Below the pieces are notes generated by a model. That model searched no databases. It was given only the letters and a program-made list of their open reading frames with translations, and was not told where the DNA came from. Shown here one piece after another: positions 22,163-25,372 of a DNA stretch of 25,372 nucleotides. This DNA comes from Octopus sinensis (lineage: Eukaryota): contig NW_021836101.1 in assembly GCF_006345805.1 (NCBI RefSeq), forward strand, positions 1 to 25,372. Direction: 5' to 3'. The translations under genes were made by a program, and so were the position numbers. The stretch's first letter is position 1, and each line of letters begins with the position of its first letter.

Positions 22163-22231
22163 GGCCGACCCAAGCCTTGTGAGTGGATTTGGTAGACGGA
22201 AACTGAAAGAAGCCCGTCGTATATATGTATG

Positions 22232-22277
<46 letters not shown>

Positions 22278-22500
22278 CGTGTGTGTGTTTGTGTGTATGT
22301 GTTTGTCTCCCTAGCATTGCTTGACAACCGATGCTGGTGTGTTTATGTCCCCGTCACTTAGCGGTTCGGCAAAAGAGACCGATAGAACAAGTACTGGGCT
22401 TACAAAAGAATAAGTCCTGGGGTCGAGTTGGTCGATTAAAGGCGGTGCTCCAGCATGGCCGCAGTCAAATGACTGAAACAAGTAAAAGAGTAAAAGAGAG
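22163..22500 (+). mobile_element. SINE-B, 5'-truncated (no tRNA head), little diverged
   Basis: GGCCGACCCAAGCCTTGTGAGTGGATTTGGTAGACGGAAACTGAAAGAAGCCCGTCG...GACTGAAACAAGTAAAAGAGTAAAAGAG; possible 5-bp TSD TAGCA. Confidence 0.92.
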
Positions 22501-22724
22501 TAGCAAAAATATCGGTAGAGAATTTTTGTACAGAACGGAACTTCTTGGCCAGAAGAACTTGTACAGCAGAGGGCAAGGAGATAAATTTTATATATTTGCA
22601 TACGAAAAGACGGAACGTAGTATGATAAGCTCTCCAGGATATATCGAGTGAAGGATTCTTAGCGTAAAAGGGCAAAATCTACGACCCCATTTGCCGTTAT
22701 GTAACAATTTCCTGTTCTGAACAA

Positions 22725-22829
22725 ATTTGTTGTTAACACAACGTTTCGGCTAATGTACCTTCAAAGCCTTCTTCAGATGTCTTGGGGAAATTTCGAACAT
22801 AGGTTCTCATTCCTAAGGTATATTTTTCG

Positions 22830-22830
<1 letters not shown>
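22725..22830 (-). mobile_element. Hammerhead-carrying repeat, left copy
   Basis: Reverse complement of the 22962-23062 block. Confidence 0.75.
22736..22780 (-). ncRNA. Minimal type I hammerhead ribozyme motif, intact core
   Basis: Minus strand reads ACAT-CTGAAGA-A-GGCT-(TTGAAGGTACATT)-AGCC-GAAA-CG-TT-GTGT: stem I ACAU/GUGU, stem II GGCU/AGCC, palindromic stem III AACGUU, GUU triplet. Confidence 0.75.
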
Positions 22831-22953
<123 letters not shown>

Positions 22954-22961
22954 GATTAGAA

Positions 22962-23107
22962 CAATAAAAAATATACCTTAGAGAGAGAGAGACAAAATTT
23001 CCCCAAGACACCTAAAGAAGGCTGGAGGGAATATCAGCCGAAACGTTGTGTTAAAAACAAACAAGATGAGGACAAATATTCGTTAAATATAAATAATGTA
23101 AATAATG
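22962..23107 (+). mobile_element. Hammerhead-carrying repeat, right copy with (AATAATGT)-type tail
   Basis: AAAAATATACCTTAG...AAATTTCCCCAAGACACC...GCCGAAACGTTGTGTTAA...TAAATAATGTAAATAATG. Confidence 0.75.
23008..23051 (+). ncRNA. Minimal type I hammerhead motif with G5A core substitution (predicted inactive)
   Basis: ACAC-CTAAAGA-A-GGCTG-(GAGGGAATAT)-CAGCC-GAAA-CG-TT-GTGT; stems I and II pair perfectly. Confidence 0.65.
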
Positions 23108-24182
23108 CACATATTTCCTAATCTCTTAAATATACAACTGCAATGCTTCATTGTATGGTGAGGAAGAAATATTTACAGATGCGATCCTGTCATCTCACAC
23201 TATTAGAACTCAGTTGAACATGTGGGTCTAGATAAACACAAATATAGCATAATCACAGATGAATATCAAGGCTGATCTAGTGCTAAATATATATCATATA
23301 AAACACCTCAGGAAATATAAATAAACTGGAAAAGTAGAAAGTGGAACTCAGCCAAGTAACTTAGTCTACTTTCCGCCAGTAATCTAAGAACTATGTAGCG
23401 AGGGCGTTACGAGCTGTCATATGCTCCACTGTATTTTAAGCACCCGCCGGCTAGACACTTTAGAACAAAAAAAAATCCTACTTGTATAAACTATTAAAAA
23501 TTTGCTGTTCTGGATGTTTGAACGTGTATATCTGTGGCTAATAACGTGTCTTAAATATACTTATAGTCATTCCGGTAAAGGATTCCGTACGTGACAATAA
23601 ATGATTAAATGATTTCAAAAGGTAGCTATTGTTCAGCAGAAAGTTAGTGGCAGTAAGACAGTTGCATGCAGGGCAAACATGGTATGGTATAGTAAATGGA
23701 AAAGCAGTTTGATTTGGGGTACTTGACCGAACAAGTAAAATCATAAGGAACAAAACTGCCGTACAATAGAAACACACAAACACATACATATACACATACT
23801 TGCATGTATAAATCTATATATTGTATAGGTATGTATATATAAACAAAATCGTGTATTTAAGAAAGTGATATATGTATATAAAAAACTGAGAGAAGGAAAA
23901 GAATTGTCCAAGACAAAAACAAGTCTTTGTACGTATTGAACATGCACACATATATGTATATCTCAGATGTTCATAGACGTATTCTGAAATATATGCAACG
24001 AAATAGAATACAAACTAAGGTAAATAATTTTACAATAAAATATTTATTGAATAATATATAAGTTTGCCAGATGTAACATTTAAGCCCGATGACCTCATAT
24101 CTGTTATATAAGTAACAAAAATGCAAGAGTTTATACACACACACATACACATATACACACACGCATACACATATACATTCAT

Positions 24183-24625
24183 GCGTGGCTGTATTGTATT
24201 CCTCAACCACATGGTCCAGGTTGGATAGGTGTCTTCTGCTGTAGTTCCATGGCTTGTGAGTGAATATACCGGAAACTAAAAATTGATTGGCATACACATA
24301 AACAAGCGTAAATGTGTGTGCGTATATATATATATATATATATATATATAGGTGTGTGTGTGTGTGTGTATTTATGTATGTATTTACGTAACTGTGTATG
24401 ACACTCCACGCAGCTAGAGAACTAGTTTTCGTTCGTTTTTATCTCCATAGACTCGCGGTACGGCACCAGCTGTTCCGCTAGATTAAGGAATAAGCAGCAA
24501 TTTAAAAAAAAAACATAAACGAAAAAAAAAGAGCATTGGATCGAACCTCCCGACAAAGTCATTAAAGCTGGTGTCCCTGCATGGCCGAAATCCAATGACT
24601 GAAACATTTAACAGGTAAGCGATAA
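24183..24625 (+). mobile_element. Old, highly diverged SINE-B with internal microsatellite
   Basis: GCGTGGCTGT...CAACCACATGGT...GTGTCTTCTGCTGTAG...CTTGTGAGTG...GGAAACT and the 3' end GCATGGCCGAAATCCAATGACTGAAACA. Confidence 0.5.
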
Positions 24626-24754
24626 AAAAACAAAAAAAAAACATTAGTAGCCACAAATTTTGAAAAATATCCATTGTATAGAATTTATCTAGCCATCAAT
24701 TTTTCAGTCATCAGTTCCCTTATTTTTCTCTCCAAATCTCTATTTCTCTCACTA

Positions 24755-24768
24755 TATATATATTAATA

Positions 24769-24810
<42 letters not shown>

Positions 24811-24895
24811 ATATATCTATATATATAGTTGAGTGTAGAAATTCTAGTGACAACGTAACTCACCAAACGTATATATATATATAATATATATATAT
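24755..24895. repeat. Imperfect (AT)n microsatellite
   Basis: Visible run. Confidence 0.88.
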
Positions 24896-25372
24896 GCTGA
24901 TAGATAGATCGATATATAGATGGATCGTGAGATAGGTATTTACATATATAAACACGTACAGACATAGATCTGCACGTACATATAGGTATATATGTGTATT
25001 TATGTAAGTCTGGGTATATATATGTATAGATATATGTATGTATATACATATGCCCACATACACCTTCATGCACCAGTAAATATCGTGCACAGATTCACAC
25101 AGATATGTGTATGACAAGAGATGACAAGAGTTCAATATAGGAGAGGACTACTAGTTTTTTTTTTTGCATTGCGTTCACTTGATCGTCATATTATATATAT
25201 TCATACTTGTATATATACTTGCATAAAATTACATACATGCATACGTAATTGCATTCATACATGTATAAACAAACGCATTCAATGTTACATACAGATATAT
25301 CGTCTACAAAAATTTTCCTCACTTTCTGTTTCACAGTCACTATCTATCTATATATCTATCTATGTAGCTGTC

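Overview
AT-rich, repeat-dense eukaryotic intronic or intergenic DNA. It is most likely from a coleoid cephalopod (Octopus-like), judged from recalled SINE families rather than a database search. There is no complete protein-coding gene, and most ORFs in the supplied track are microsatellite or SINE artefacts. The window holds about 25 copies or fragments of three tRNA-derived SINE families (called A, B and C here), many simple repeats, two decayed RTE-clade LINE 3' ends, and a 5'-truncated R4/Dong-type retrotransposon inserted at a (TAA)n tract with a 24-bp target-site duplication. It also holds a 140-bp Tc1/mariner-type hairpin MITE and a ~1.06-kb fold-back element. The most interesting signal is a set of minimal type I hammerhead-ribozyme motifs of the Penelope/retrozyme kind, carried by short elements next to microsatellites: an inverted pair at 22.7-23.05 kb (one core intact, one with G5A) and two more degenerate ones at 17.1 kb and 0.15 kb. 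A weak candidate exon encoding a signal-peptide-like sequence lies at 10583-10675. Boundaries of old repeats are approximate (about +/-10-20 bp).
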